Shown: one piece after another, positions 22,408-31,281 of the stretch | Layout: the number at the start of each line of letters is the position of its first letter | How positions within the stretch are numbered: the stretch's first letter is position 1 | Translations under genes and position numbers: made by a program | Assembly (NCBI GenBank): GCA_963782055.1 | Contig: CAWAIF010000003.1 | Location: 704,001 to 768,000, forward strand | Origin: an uncultured delta proteobacterium | GTDB taxonomy: Bacteria; Myxococcota_A; Polyangia; Polyangiales; Polyangiaceae | DNA length: 64,000 nucleotides | Reading direction: 5' to 3' | The notes under the pieces: model-generated | Databases searched by the model: none | Seen by the model: only the letters and a program-made list of their open reading frames with translations | What the model was told of the DNA's origin: nothing

Positions 22408-24153
22408 GTGGTGCACCCCGACATCATCCTGCGTGGCGGCCTCTTCTTCGACGGCACCGGCGCCCGGGCAGAGGTGCGCGACGTCGCCATCCGCGGCGAT
22501 CGCGTCGTCGCGGTGAGCAAGGAGCGCCTCGCGCCCGGCCCGGACACCCGCGTCGTCGACTGCGCCGGTAAGTGGGTGATGCCCGGCTTCATCGACCTGC
22601 ACACCCACTACGACGCCGAGATCGAGCTCGCCCCCGCGCTCACCGAGTCGCTCCGTCACGGCGTGACCACCGTCATGCTCGGCAGCTGCAGCCTCAGCCT
22701 CGCCGTCGGCACCCCGGACAATCTCGCCGACCTCTTCTGTCGCGTGGAGGCCATCCCGGACGAGCTGGTGCGCCCGCTGCTGCACGACAAGAAGACCTGG
22801 TCCACCCACCAGGAGTACTTCGATCACCTCGGCTCGCTCGCGCTCGGCCCCAACGTGTGCTCCTTCGCCGGGCACTCCGCCATCCGCGCGCACGTGATGG
22901 GCATGGAGCGGAGCCTGGAGAAGGGCCTGATCCCCGAGCCGCGCGAGCTCGATGCCATGGAGGCGATGGTGGAGGGCGCGCTGGACGCCGGCTACCTCGG
23001 CCTCTCGGTGCAGACGCTGCCCTGGGACAAGGTCGGCGGGGATCGCGACATCCGCAGCCGTCCGCTCCCCTCGACCTTCGCGAAGTGGAGCGAGTACCGC
23101 CGCTTCACCCGCATCCTGCGCGAGCGCGACCGCATCTTCCAGGGCGTCCCCAACCCGGCCTCGCCCCTCGGCTCGGTCCTCTTCTTCGTGGAGAGCGCGG
23201 GCATCGTCCGCAAGCGCCTGAAGACCACGCTCATCTCCCTCATGGATCTGCGCGGCACGCGCTGGCTGCGCACCATGGCCGGGTCCCTCTCGCGCGTCTT
23301 CAACGGCCTCTTCGACGCCGACTTCCGGTGGCAGGCGCTTCCGGAGGCGTTCGACCTCTGGGCCGACGGCATCGACCTGGTGGTGTTTGAGGAGTTCGGC
23401 GCGGGCGCCGCCGCGCTGCACCTCACGGAGCACCAGAAGCGCATCGAGCTCTTCAAGAAGCCGGAGTACCGGGAGAAGTTCCGCGCGCAGTGGACCAACC
23501 GCTTCCTGCCGCGCGCCTTCCACCGCGACTTCAACGAGTCGCTGGTGCTCGCCTGCCCGGACGCGTCGATGGTCGGCAAGAGCTTCGCCGCCATCGCCGC
23601 GGAGATGGGGCGCGACGTGGTGGACGTGTTCCTGGACCTCGTGGCCGAGCACGGGACCGCCCTGCGCTGGTACACCGTGATGGGGAACGATCGCCCCCGC
23701 GCGCTCGAGCACATCGTCTCGCACCCCGACGTGCTCATCGGCTTCTCCGACGCCGGCGCGCACCTGCGGCAGATGGCGCACTACAACTTCCCGCTGCGCA
23801 TGCTGCGGCTCGTGCGCGACGCCGAGAGGGCGGGCACCCACGTGATGAGCCTGGAGCAGGCCGTGCACCGCGTCACCGGCGAGATCGGCGGCTGGCTCGG
23901 CATCGACGCCGGCGTCCTCGGCGAGGGCAAGCGCGCCGACCTGGTGGTGGTGGACCCCGCCGGCCTCGACGACGAGCTGGATCACGCCGTCGAGATGCCG
24001 ATGGAGTTCTTCTCCCACTTCGCGCGGATGGTCCGCCGCAACGACAGGGCGGTGAGCCTGGTCATGGTCGCGGGCAAGGAGGCGTTCGCCGCGGGGCAGC
24101 CGTCGGAGGCGCTCGGCCGCGATCGCATGGGCGCCGTCCTCGGCCCCGCCTGA
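22408..24153 (+). CDS. N-acyl-D-amino-acid deacylase-like amidohydrolase
   Basis: RGGLFFDGTG, MPGFIDLHTHYD, GFSDAGAH, GKRADLVV; start placed at the GTG after TGCTACAAT (ATG at 22393 is the alternative). Confidence 0.88.
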   Translation: MVHPDIILRGGLFFDGTGARAEVRDVAIRGDRVVAVSKERLAPGPDTRVVDCAGKWVMPGFIDLHTHYDAEIELAPALTESLRHGVTTVMLGSCSLSLAVGTPDNLADLFCRVEAIPDELVRPLLHDKKTWSTHQEYFDHLGSLALGPNVCSFAGHSAIRAHVMGMERSLEKGLIPEPRELDAMEAMVEGALDAGYLGLSVQTLPWDKVGGDRDIRSRPLPSTFAKWSEYRRFTRILRERDRIFQGVPNPASPLGSVLFFVESAGIVRKRLKTTLISLMDLRGTRWLRTMAGSLSRVFNGLFDADFRWQALPEAFDLWADGIDLVVFEEFGAGAAALHLTEHQKRIELFKKPEYREKFRAQWTNRFLPRAFHRDFNESLVLACPDASMVGKSFAAIAAEMGRDVVDVFLDLVAEHGTALRWYTVMGNDRPRALEHIVSHPDVLIGFSDAGAHLRQMAHYNFPLRMLRLVRDAERAGTHVMSLEQAVHRVTGEIGGWLGIDAGVLGEGKRADLVVVDPAGLDDELDHAVEMPMEFFSHFARMVRRNDRAVSLVMVAGKEAFAAGQPSEALGRDRMGAVLGPA

Positions 24154-25566
24154 TCAGAGCAGGGGGGACAGCAGGCGCGCGCTCGCCTCGCCCAGCCGGG
24201 CGAGCATGTCGAGCTTCCCGCGCGACTTGAGCGTGACGTGCCGGGAGTGGCGCTTGTCGTGCTTGAAGAGGCGCTCCAGGTGGGCGACCGCCTCCTCCGA
24301 GTAGACCACCGCGTTGATCTCGAAGTTGAGGCGGAAGCTGCGGTTGTCCATGTTGGCGCTGCCCACGCACGCGACCTTGCCGTCCACCGCGAGCGTCTTG
24401 GCGTGGATCATCTTGGGGTACTCGAAGATCTGTGCGCCGGCGCGCAACAGCTCGTCGTAGTACGAGCGCGCCGCCGCGCTGACGACGCGCGAGTCGCTCA
24501 CGTGCGGCACCAGGATCTGCACGTCCACCCCACGCAGCGCGGCGGTGCACAGGGCGACGCGGATGGCGTCGTCCGGCACGAAGTAGGGCGTCGTCAGGTG
24601 GATGCGGTCCTCCGCCTGGGTGATGAAGGTGAAGAAGACGTGCTGGATGGCCTCCCACTCGTGGTCCGGGCCGGAGGGGATGATCTGCACGACGTCCTGC
24701 TCGTCGTCACCGGGCTCGGGGAAGAGGCCCTTGTCGCGGACCACCTCGCTGGTGGCGAAGTTCCAGTCCTCCAGGAAGGCGAACTGCAGCTCGCGCACCG
24801 CGCCGCCCACGACGCGCATGTGCGTGTCGCGGTAGGCCTCCTTCTTGGTCACCTTCTCGGTGTACTCGTCGCCCACGTTGATGCCGCCGAGGAACCCGAC
24901 GCGCCCGTCGCACACGACGATCTTGCGGTGGTTGCGCATGTTGATGCGCGGGAGCAGGCGCCCGACCCTCGGCGGGTTGAACCGGGCGAACTGGCCGCCC
25001 GCCTCCCGCAGCGGCCGCAGGAAGCTGCGAGAGAGGCTGGTGCCCACGCCATCGACGAGGAGGCGCACGACGACCCCCGCCTTCGCGCGCTCCACCAGCG
25101 CGTCGCGGATGCGCTCGCCGGTGATGTCCTGCTCGAAGATGTAGTACTCGAGGTGGATATGGTGCGTGGCCGCGCGGATGGCCTCCTCCAGCGCGTCGAA
25201 GCACATCGCCCCGCTCTCCAGGATCGTCACCTCCTTCGCCGTGGCCAGCACCGAGCCGCCGGAGCGCGCGGCCAGCGTCGCCATCTGCACGCGGAAGGGC
25301 GCGGTGAGGCCCTCGGGGTGCTTGCTCGCCTCACGCTCCAGCTCGGCGCGCACGCTCGCGCGCGACCGGGCGTGGCGGATGCGCTTGCGCGTCAGCCGGC
25401 GCGGGCCAATGAGGAAGTAGACGACGAAGCCGACGTAAGGGATCGCCGCCAGGGAGAGGATCCACGCGAGCGTGGCGACCGGGCTGCGTTTCTCCAGCAC
25501 GATCCACGTCCCGAGGGCGATGACGTAGATGACCTCCAGCGTGGAGAAGACGGCCGTCCAGTGCAC
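24154..25566 (-). CDS. cls: Cardiolipin synthase
   Basis: Two N-terminal TM helices, two PLD motifs (RNHRKIVVCDG, IHAKTLAVDG), GGINVGDEY, GSANMDNRSFRLNFE. Confidence 0.93.
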   Translation of the reverse strand: MHWTAVFSTLEVIYVIALGTWIVLEKRSPVATLAWILSLAAIPYVGFVVYFLIGPRRLTRKRIRHARSRASVRAELEREASKHPEGLTAPFRVQMATLAARSGGSVLATAKEVTILESGAMCFDALEEAIRAATHHIHLEYYIFEQDITGERIRDALVERAKAGVVVRLLVDGVGTSLSRSFLRPLREAGGQFARFNPPRVGRLLPRINMRNHRKIVVCDGRVGFLGGINVGDEYTEKVTKKEAYRDTHMRVVGGAVRELQFAFLEDWNFATSEVVRDKGLFPEPGDDEQDVVQIIPSGPDHEWEAIQHVFFTFITQAEDRIHLTTPYFVPDDAIRVALCTAALRGVDVQILVPHVSDSRVVSAAARSYYDELLRAGAQIFEYPKMIHAKTLAVDGKVACVGSANMDNRSFRLNFEINAVVYSEEAVAHLERLFKHDKRHSRHVTLKSRGKLDMLARLGEASARLLSPLL

Positions 25567-25867
25567 GGCTCATCCTACACGGTATGCGCCCTCTCCCCCC
25601 AGTTGCCGCCGCGAGCCACCGCTCTGCGCCGCCCCTGCACGCCATCCGCCGCGTCATCCAGCGCCCGGCCACCGGCGCGAACGCCCACGGCCCCGCCCGA
25701 GGGCAGCGCGCTCAGGCGGAGCCGGGCAGGGAGAAGCGCGCGAAGACTCGGTGCTGCCCGTCCGGAGCACCTCGCCGCAACCTCACGCGCTCGACCCGCC
25801 CGTCCCGCGCTTCCTTGGCAGTGGGCAGAGCTCGCTGATAATCTCTCCTGTGAAAGAGGAGGGTTCC

Positions 25868-26437
25868 ATGAGTCTTCGCCCGGCGTACCTTGCGCTCTCG
25901 TGTCTTGCGTTCGCGATGGCCCAGGCTTGTGGAGGTGACGACACCGTCGTGCCGCTCGACGCGTCGCCCGACGGAACGACCGACGACGGCGGCGGCACCG
26001 ACAGCGGCGGCGCCGACGTGGGGACCCAGGACGACGGCGGCGGTGGCGGCGACGCCGGGGTGGCCGATGGAGGTGGCGGCGACGGCGCGACCGACGGCGG
26101 GTCCACGAGCAACGTCACCTTCGTCTGCCCGGATGGCGGCGCGGCCACCGACTGCTCGCAGTGCGGCGGCGCGCCGCAGCCCTGCGTGTACTGCAACACC
26201 GGCGACGCCGGGGTACTCCTCGGTCGCTGCAGGCCGATGGGCCAGAACTGTTTCCAGGGGATCCCGAACGGGTTCGAGGACTGCCGGTGTGGCGCGGACG
26301 CGTCGGTCTGCCCGGAGAGCTATCAGGTCTGCACGGGCAACGGTCGCTGCCACACCTGCTCCGACGGCAACCAGAACGATGGTCGCACCTGCCAGAACGG
26401 CGGCACCTGCAACGCCGCCGACGGCGGCTGCAACTGA
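25868..26437 (+). CDS. Cys-rich hypothetical lipoprotein
   Basis: GAGGAGG RBS, AQAC lipobox, DGG linker, Cys-dense C-terminal half. Confidence 0.75.
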   Translation: MSLRPAYLALSCLAFAMAQACGGDDTVVPLDASPDGTTDDGGGTDSGGADVGTQDDGGGGGDAGVADGGGGDGATDGGSTSNVTFVCPDGGAATDCSQCGGAPQPCVYCNTGDAGVLLGRCRPMGQNCFQGIPNGFEDCRCGADASVCPESYQVCTGNGRCHTCSDGNQNDGRTCQNGGTCNAADGGCN

Positions 26438-26465
26438 CGTCGGCAAAGCGGGCGTGGGTCGGGAG

Positions 26466-26543
26466 TGGTCGCAGGCCGGGGAGTCGAACCCCGTAGTCCT
26501 CATCGGAACCCTCTCGAGCCCCGGAACCGCCGGGCCACCTGCG
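26466..26543 (-). tRNA. Non-canonical tRNA-like RNA (Pro-like acceptor end; anticodon not assignable)
   Basis: CGCAGGT-GG-CCCG GCGGTTC CGGG-G-CTCGAGAGGGTTCCGATGAG-GACTA-CGGGG TTCGACT CCCCG-GCCTGCG-A-CCA: 7-bp acceptor stem, 4-bp D stem, 5-bp T stem with TTCGA loop, encoded CCA; aberrant anticodon arm, no U8/A14. Confidence 0.75.
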
Positions 26544-26557
26544 TCGGCCTGGAGGCG

Positions 26558-26573
26558 TGCATGTCACGGGCCA
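26558..26573 (-). promoter_or_regulatory. Putative sigma54 promoter of the tRNA-like RNA
   Basis: Minus strand TGGCCCGTGACATGCA (GG-N10-GC, 2 mismatches to TGGCACG-N4-TTGCW); predicted +1 is about 4-5 nt upstream of the acceptor stem. Confidence 0.6.
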
Positions 26574-26730
26574 GCCCAGGTCGCCGGACAACTGGAGGCG
26601 CTCGAGGCGCAGGGGCTGCAAGGTGCGTCGCGGCGCGCACCGATTGCGCGTCACGCCCGACCGCGCGGCCGGCTCTCGCCGCGCGCCTACCACCGTGCGG
26701 GGGGCCATGCCGGGGAGGCGTGGGCGGCGT

Positions 26731-28572
26731 CTACTCTCCCCCACAAATGCGCGCGCCCATCTTCTCCAGCTTCCCCACCGCACCGGCGAGGCCCGACGGA
26801 TCGGCGATGGGACTCGAGCACTCCGTAAGGGTGCACGCGTACGCCACCGCCTTGCCGTGATCCGGGTAGCTCCCCGGCACCGCCGCGTGCACCAGCTTGC
26901 GCGGCGCGGCCAGGCGCGCGGCCGCGGTCCACAGCGCGGTCTTCGCGGCGCCGTCGGGTCCGACGAGCGAGATCTCCACGAACCCGCCGAGCAGCTCGTA
27001 GAGCGCCTGCGCGAAGAGCGCCTTGTCCGCCCATCCGGCGGTCTTCACGTCGCGCTCGCTCACCTGCGCGAGCGCCCGCCGCGCGCTCGCCCTCCACGCG
27101 TCGTCGTGGGTGAGCCGCCCGAGGCGCAGGAAGAAGCGCGCGGTCTGCACGTTGGCCTCCATCGGCTTGTCGGGCGGGACGAGGTCGTCGGTGTCGCGCT
27201 TCGCGGTGGCGAAGAAGCCGCCGCTCGGGGCCTCCAGCGTGGCGCGGGTCGCCTCGCCGATGCGCAGCGCAGCGTCGCGGTAGCGCGCCTCGCCGGTCGC
27301 CTCGTACAGGGCCACGAGCGCGAGGCCGAGCTCGCCCTGCGGCGCGAGGTACAGCCGCCCGTCCGCCGCCGTCGGCCGGTAGCGCGCGTCCGATTGCAGA
27401 CCGGGCGTGGCCGTCACCTGCACCACCCATCCGTCAGGGCTCGATCGCTTCGCGAGCAGCGCGTCGGTCGCCCTTCGTGCCGAGGCCAGGTACCGCGCCT
27501 CGCCTGTCGCCTCCCACGCCCGCACGTAGGCCGCCACGACGCGCCCGTTCTGGTCGGTGTAGATGCCGTGGTCGATGGGCGGGATGCCGAGCGCCCGCCG
27601 GTGCGCGTCGTCGAGCGCGTAGTACGTCGTCGCGTTCATCCCGGGGGGCAGGTGCGGCGGCTCGTCCTTCTGCGTGGAGTAGAAGGTGCCGTCGGGGGAG
27701 GTCATCCAGCCGCGCACGTAGCGATCGACGTCCGCGATGCGCTTGCGCCAGGCGTCGTCGTGGGAGGCGTCGAGCGCCTCGGCGAAGTTGGTCAGCGCGG
27801 CGGCCTGGTGCAGCATGCGCTTCTCCGGGATGGGGTGCTCCCAGAGGTCGGTGCGCGCCGCGACGAAGACGCCGCCCCACACCGGGTCGATCACCTTCGA
27901 CTCGCCCACCGCCACGCTGACGCCGTGCGCGCTCTTGCCGTCGTCGCCGCGCGCGGCGGCGCGGTAGAAGTCCAGGTCGACCGGCGGCGCCTCGACGACG
28001 TGGAAGCCGCCGCCCCAGCCCCGCGTCGCAACCCCGGCGTCCAGCGTGGAGACGACGGCGGCGCAGCGCGCGTCGAGCGCCGCGTCGGAGGACTCCGGCG
28101 CGCCGTGGACGACGTGCCCGCGCAGGCTCAGCGTGCCGGCGGCGTAGCGCTTGGCGAGGTCGTCCAGGACGGGGACGAAGTCCTTCGCCGGCTCGCTCCC
28201 CTGGATGGCGAGCGCCACGGCGCCGTCCCCCGTCAGGAAGATCTCCGCCGGCCAGCCCCACGGCTCGTAGCGGGCGCCGATGTCCGGCTGCTGGTCGGCG
28301 TCGACCGACACCGGGACGAAGTCCTCCTGCACGCGCCGCGCGACCTCCGCGTCGCGATAGGTGCCCTCGTGCATCCACCGGCAGGCGGTGCAGCCCTCGA
28401 TGCCGACGTCCACGAGCAGCAGCTTGTGCTCGCTCCTCGCGCGCGCGAAGGCGTTGGCCCCCCACCTCGCCCACGCGATCTTCGGCGCGGTCGCCGCCGC
28501 GGACGGCGACTTCGCCGCGGGCCCACCGCAGGAGGCGGTCAGCGCCACGAGGAGGAGCAGGGCCTTGCGCAT
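26731..28572 (-). CDS. DUF255/YyaL (SSP411-like) thioredoxin-domain + alpha/alpha-barrel protein with lipoprotein signal
   Basis: IAWARWG.NAFARAR, CTACRWM..GTY, VDADQQPDI..RY..WGWP, EKRM, GTFYSTQ, AYACT..CS.P; LTASC lipobox. Confidence 0.85.
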   Translation of the reverse strand: MRKALLLLVALTASCGGPAAKSPSAAATAPKIAWARWGANAFARARSEHKLLLVDVGIEGCTACRWMHEGTYRDAEVARRVQEDFVPVSVDADQQPDIGARYEPWGWPAEIFLTGDGAVALAIQGSEPAKDFVPVLDDLAKRYAAGTLSLRGHVVHGAPESSDAALDARCAAVVSTLDAGVATRGWGGGFHVVEAPPVDLDFYRAAARGDDGKSAHGVSVAVGESKVIDPVWGGVFVAARTDLWEHPIPEKRMLHQAAALTNFAEALDASHDDAWRKRIADVDRYVRGWMTSPDGTFYSTQKDEPPHLPPGMNATTYYALDDAHRRALGIPPIDHGIYTDQNGRVVAAYVRAWEATGEARYLASARRATDALLAKRSSPDGWVVQVTATPGLQSDARYRPTAADGRLYLAPQGELGLALVALYEATGEARYRDAALRIGEATRATLEAPSGGFFATAKRDTDDLVPPDKPMEANVQTARFFLRLGRLTHDDAWRASARRALAQVSERDVKTAGWADKALFAQALYELLGGFVEISLVGPDGAAKTALWTAAARLAAPRKLVHAAVPGSYPDHGKAVAYACTLTECSSPIADPSGLAGAVGKLEKMGARICGGE

Positions 28573-28688
28573 GCGGCGGAGCGTACTCGGGTCGCCCGCG
28601 GGGGGCCACGCGGCGTGGCAGCGCGAGGCGTGTCGCCGCGGTGCCCTCGCCCTGTTGTCACGCACCATGACGGCGGTACTCTGCGGGG

Positions 28689-29729
28689 ATGACTCGCCTG
28701 CACGTCGCGTGGTTGGCCGTGGCCCTGGTGACGACGGCCTGCGGGAGCGACGCTCCGGTCACTCCGGCCGGCGACGCCGGCGAGGATGCGCTCGCCGCGG
28801 AGGGCGGTGCACCCTTCGACGCCGCCGTCGACGCGCCCGCTCCGCCCGCGGACGCTGGTGACGCCGCCGCGGACGCCGGCGCGCTCGGCACCCTCTTCGG
28901 GGCGGCGTTCAGCCCGCACGACGCCGCGCACTACGACGCCCTCGTCACCGCGTGGGGCGGCGTGCAGGTGTCGCGTTCCTACGACGGCGGCTCCGGCGCG
29001 AAGCCCTTCCTCAACACCTACCAGGCGCAGGACATCGCGCGCGGCGCGGCCTCGGCGTACTCCTTCAAGTACGCCCCCTCCGAGGTCATCGCCGGGACTC
29101 ACGATGCGGACATCCAGAGCTTCTTCGACGGCATCAAGGACGGGCACCCGGTCTTCTGGACCTACTGGCACGAGCCGGACGACGAGATCTTCAAGAGCAA
29201 GACATTCACCGCGACCGACTACCGTGACGCGTGGGCGCACATCCGCAAGATCGCAGACGCCGCGAAGGCCAAGCGCCCGAAGATGATCGCGTACGCGACG
29301 CTCATCATCATGCAGTATTCCATGACGCCCGCCGTGGCGCCCAGCCGCCCGCTCACCGGACCGAACGGGATGTACCCGGGCGACGCCGTGATCGACGTCT
29401 TCGGTGTGGACGCGTACAACTCCGCCGCCGACAAGGGCGGAGTGGTCGACGCGGCCACGCAGTTCGGCAAGGTGATCGACTTCGCCGAGGCGCACGGGAA
29501 GCGCTGGGCGATCGGCGAGCTCGGGTCGTGTCCGGTCAAGGGCGACGCGAACGGTCGCGCGACATACCTCCAGAACGCCGTGCACTACTGGGTGACGCGC
29601 AACGATCCTCCGGTGTTCGCCGCGTACTTCGACCTGGACTGGCCCACGTGCGATTACCGGCTGGACGCCGACGCGCCCGCCACCGCGGTGTGGAAGAAGG
29701 CCGTCACGCAGGGCGTCGCGGCGTTCTGA
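28689..29729 (+). CDS. GH26-like (clan GH-A) glycoside hydrolase lipoprotein
   Basis: TTAC lipobox; YWHEPD, YPGD.VIDVFGVDAYN, GKRWAIGELG. Confidence 0.7.
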   Translation: MTRLHVAWLAVALVTTACGSDAPVTPAGDAGEDALAAEGGAPFDAAVDAPAPPADAGDAAADAGALGTLFGAAFSPHDAAHYDALVTAWGGVQVSRSYDGGSGAKPFLNTYQAQDIARGAASAYSFKYAPSEVIAGTHDADIQSFFDGIKDGHPVFWTYWHEPDDEIFKSKTFTATDYRDAWAHIRKIADAAKAKRPKMIAYATLIIMQYSMTPAVAPSRPLTGPNGMYPGDAVIDVFGVDAYNSAADKGGVVDAATQFGKVIDFAEAHGKRWAIGELGSCPVKGDANGRATYLQNAVHYWVTRNDPPVFAAYFDLDWPTCDYRLDADAPATAVWKKAVTQGVAAF

Positions 29730-29839
29730 GCGGGCGCGCCACGCGCGCCGGAGCGTGGCCGGTCCGGCCACCACTTTGGCCGCCCAGGTCAACGACGGCG
29801 GGACTCCCACGTGCGACTACACGAGCGTACGGAGGCCCC

Positions 29840-31249
29840 ATGCACACCCGCCTGCTCCCGCTCCTCGCGCTCATCGCGACCGTCGCCGCCTGCTCCGGCG
29901 CGCCGACCCCCCAGGGGACGGAGGAAGCCCCGCTCTCGCCCGCCCCCTTCTTCGCGGGCGACGAGGCCAACGACGCGGGGTTCGCGGTGGACGTCTCCTT
30001 CTGGGAGACGCCGCTCGCCCAGAGCCAGGCCGACTGCCTCTGGGACTCCGGCGTCCGGCACGTCGTCGTCGGCACGCAGGACGCGCTCATCGCGCAGCAG
30101 CAGCTGGCCATGGCGGTCTCCCGCGGGATGACGGTCGACGCGTACGTCTACCTGTACTGGGACCGGGACATCGCCTCGCAGGTCGAGGCCGCCTTCGCCA
30201 TGACCAGGGGCTTCCCCATCGGGCGCATGTGGCTGGACATCGAGGAGAACCCGGAGGGCCTCGGGCCGAGCGCGCTCGTCTCGCTCATCCAGCAGGGCGT
30301 GGACGCGTGCCACGCCGACGGCACCGCCGGCTGCGGCATCTACACCGGCCCCGGCTTCTGGAAGTCGTACGTCGCCAACAGCGGGGCCTTCACCGGAGTG
30401 CCCCTCTGGTACGCGCTCTACAACAAGAAGCGCTCGCTCTCCGACTGGACGACCGAGCACTTCGGAGGGTGGACGAGCCCCGTCGCCAAGCAGTTCCAGA
30501 CCGGCCCGCTCTGCGGCATGGGCGGCGCGGACTGGGACGTGATGCAGGTCTCGGCGAAGCCGACGGTCACGGTGGATCGCACGCCGCCCCCGCCCGCCAC
30601 CACCACCCCCGCGGCGCCGCAGGGACTCTACCCCCAGGAGGGGATGGCCCTGCCGATCGACTACGTGAAGATCATGTCCGGGACGGTGCCCGGCGCCACG
30701 AGCTACCAGCTCGGGCTGGAGCGCTACAACGGCACCTCGTGGGGCACCTACTACACGTGGACCACTCCGAACGCCTACGTGAAGGTGTCGCCGCCGGCGA
30801 AGGCGGCGCTCTATCGCCTGCGCGCCCGCGCGCAGAACGCGTACGGCTGGGGCCCGTGGTCGGACTACGCGAGCTTCGACTACGGGACGTACACCGGGCC
30901 GCGGCCGGACGACGCGCCGCCGCCGGAGCCGACGCAGAGCAACGAGCCGCCGCCACCGCCGCCGCCCGCCGGCGTGCCGGGGGCGCTCGCGCCGGACGGA
31001 GGCGTGGTGATCACCACCTCCGCGGTGGCGATGACCTGCAGCAGCGTCGCCGGCGCCACCAGCTACCAGTTCGCCATCGACGACGACGCGGGGAGCGGCT
31101 GGTCCTCCTACTACACCTACGCGGCCGGCGTGCCGGCGCGCACCTTCTACCCCCAGATCCACGGCGCCGACTACCGCTTCCGGGTGCGCGCGATGGTGTC
31201 GGGGAGCTGGGGCGACTGGTCGAGCTACGCCACCTTCCACGTGAAGTGA
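29840..31249 (+). CDS. GH25 muramidase-like lipoprotein with two C-terminal FN3-like domains
   Basis: VAAC lipobox; AVDVSFWE, DAYVYLY, MWLDIEE, GIYTG, LWYALY, AKQF; two YR.R.RA....WG.WS.YA.F domains. Confidence 0.8.
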   Translation: MHTRLLPLLALIATVAACSGAPTPQGTEEAPLSPAPFFAGDEANDAGFAVDVSFWETPLAQSQADCLWDSGVRHVVVGTQDALIAQQQLAMAVSRGMTVDAYVYLYWDRDIASQVEAAFAMTRGFPIGRMWLDIEENPEGLGPSALVSLIQQGVDACHADGTAGCGIYTGPGFWKSYVANSGAFTGVPLWYALYNKKRSLSDWTTEHFGGWTSPVAKQFQTGPLCGMGGADWDVMQVSAKPTVTVDRTPPPPATTTPAAPQGLYPQEGMALPIDYVKIMSGTVPGATSYQLGLERYNGTSWGTYYTWTTPNAYVKVSPPAKAALYRLRARAQNAYGWGPWSDYASFDYGTYTGPRPDDAPPPEPTQSNEPPPPPPPAGVPGALAPDGGVVITTSAVAMTCSSVAGATSYQFAIDDDAGSGWSSYYTYAAGVPARTFYPQIHGADYRFRVRAMVSGSWGDWSSYATFHVK

Positions 31250-31281
31250 CGCGCGCGTCGCGGTAGGCTCTCGGACCGCGG

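Noticed and set aside
26466..26500. tmRNA 3' end or prophage/island att site
   Set aside because: The acceptor stem lacks the Ala G3-U70 identity and pairs locally within 78 nt; no integrase or duplicated tRNA 3' fragment seen in the window
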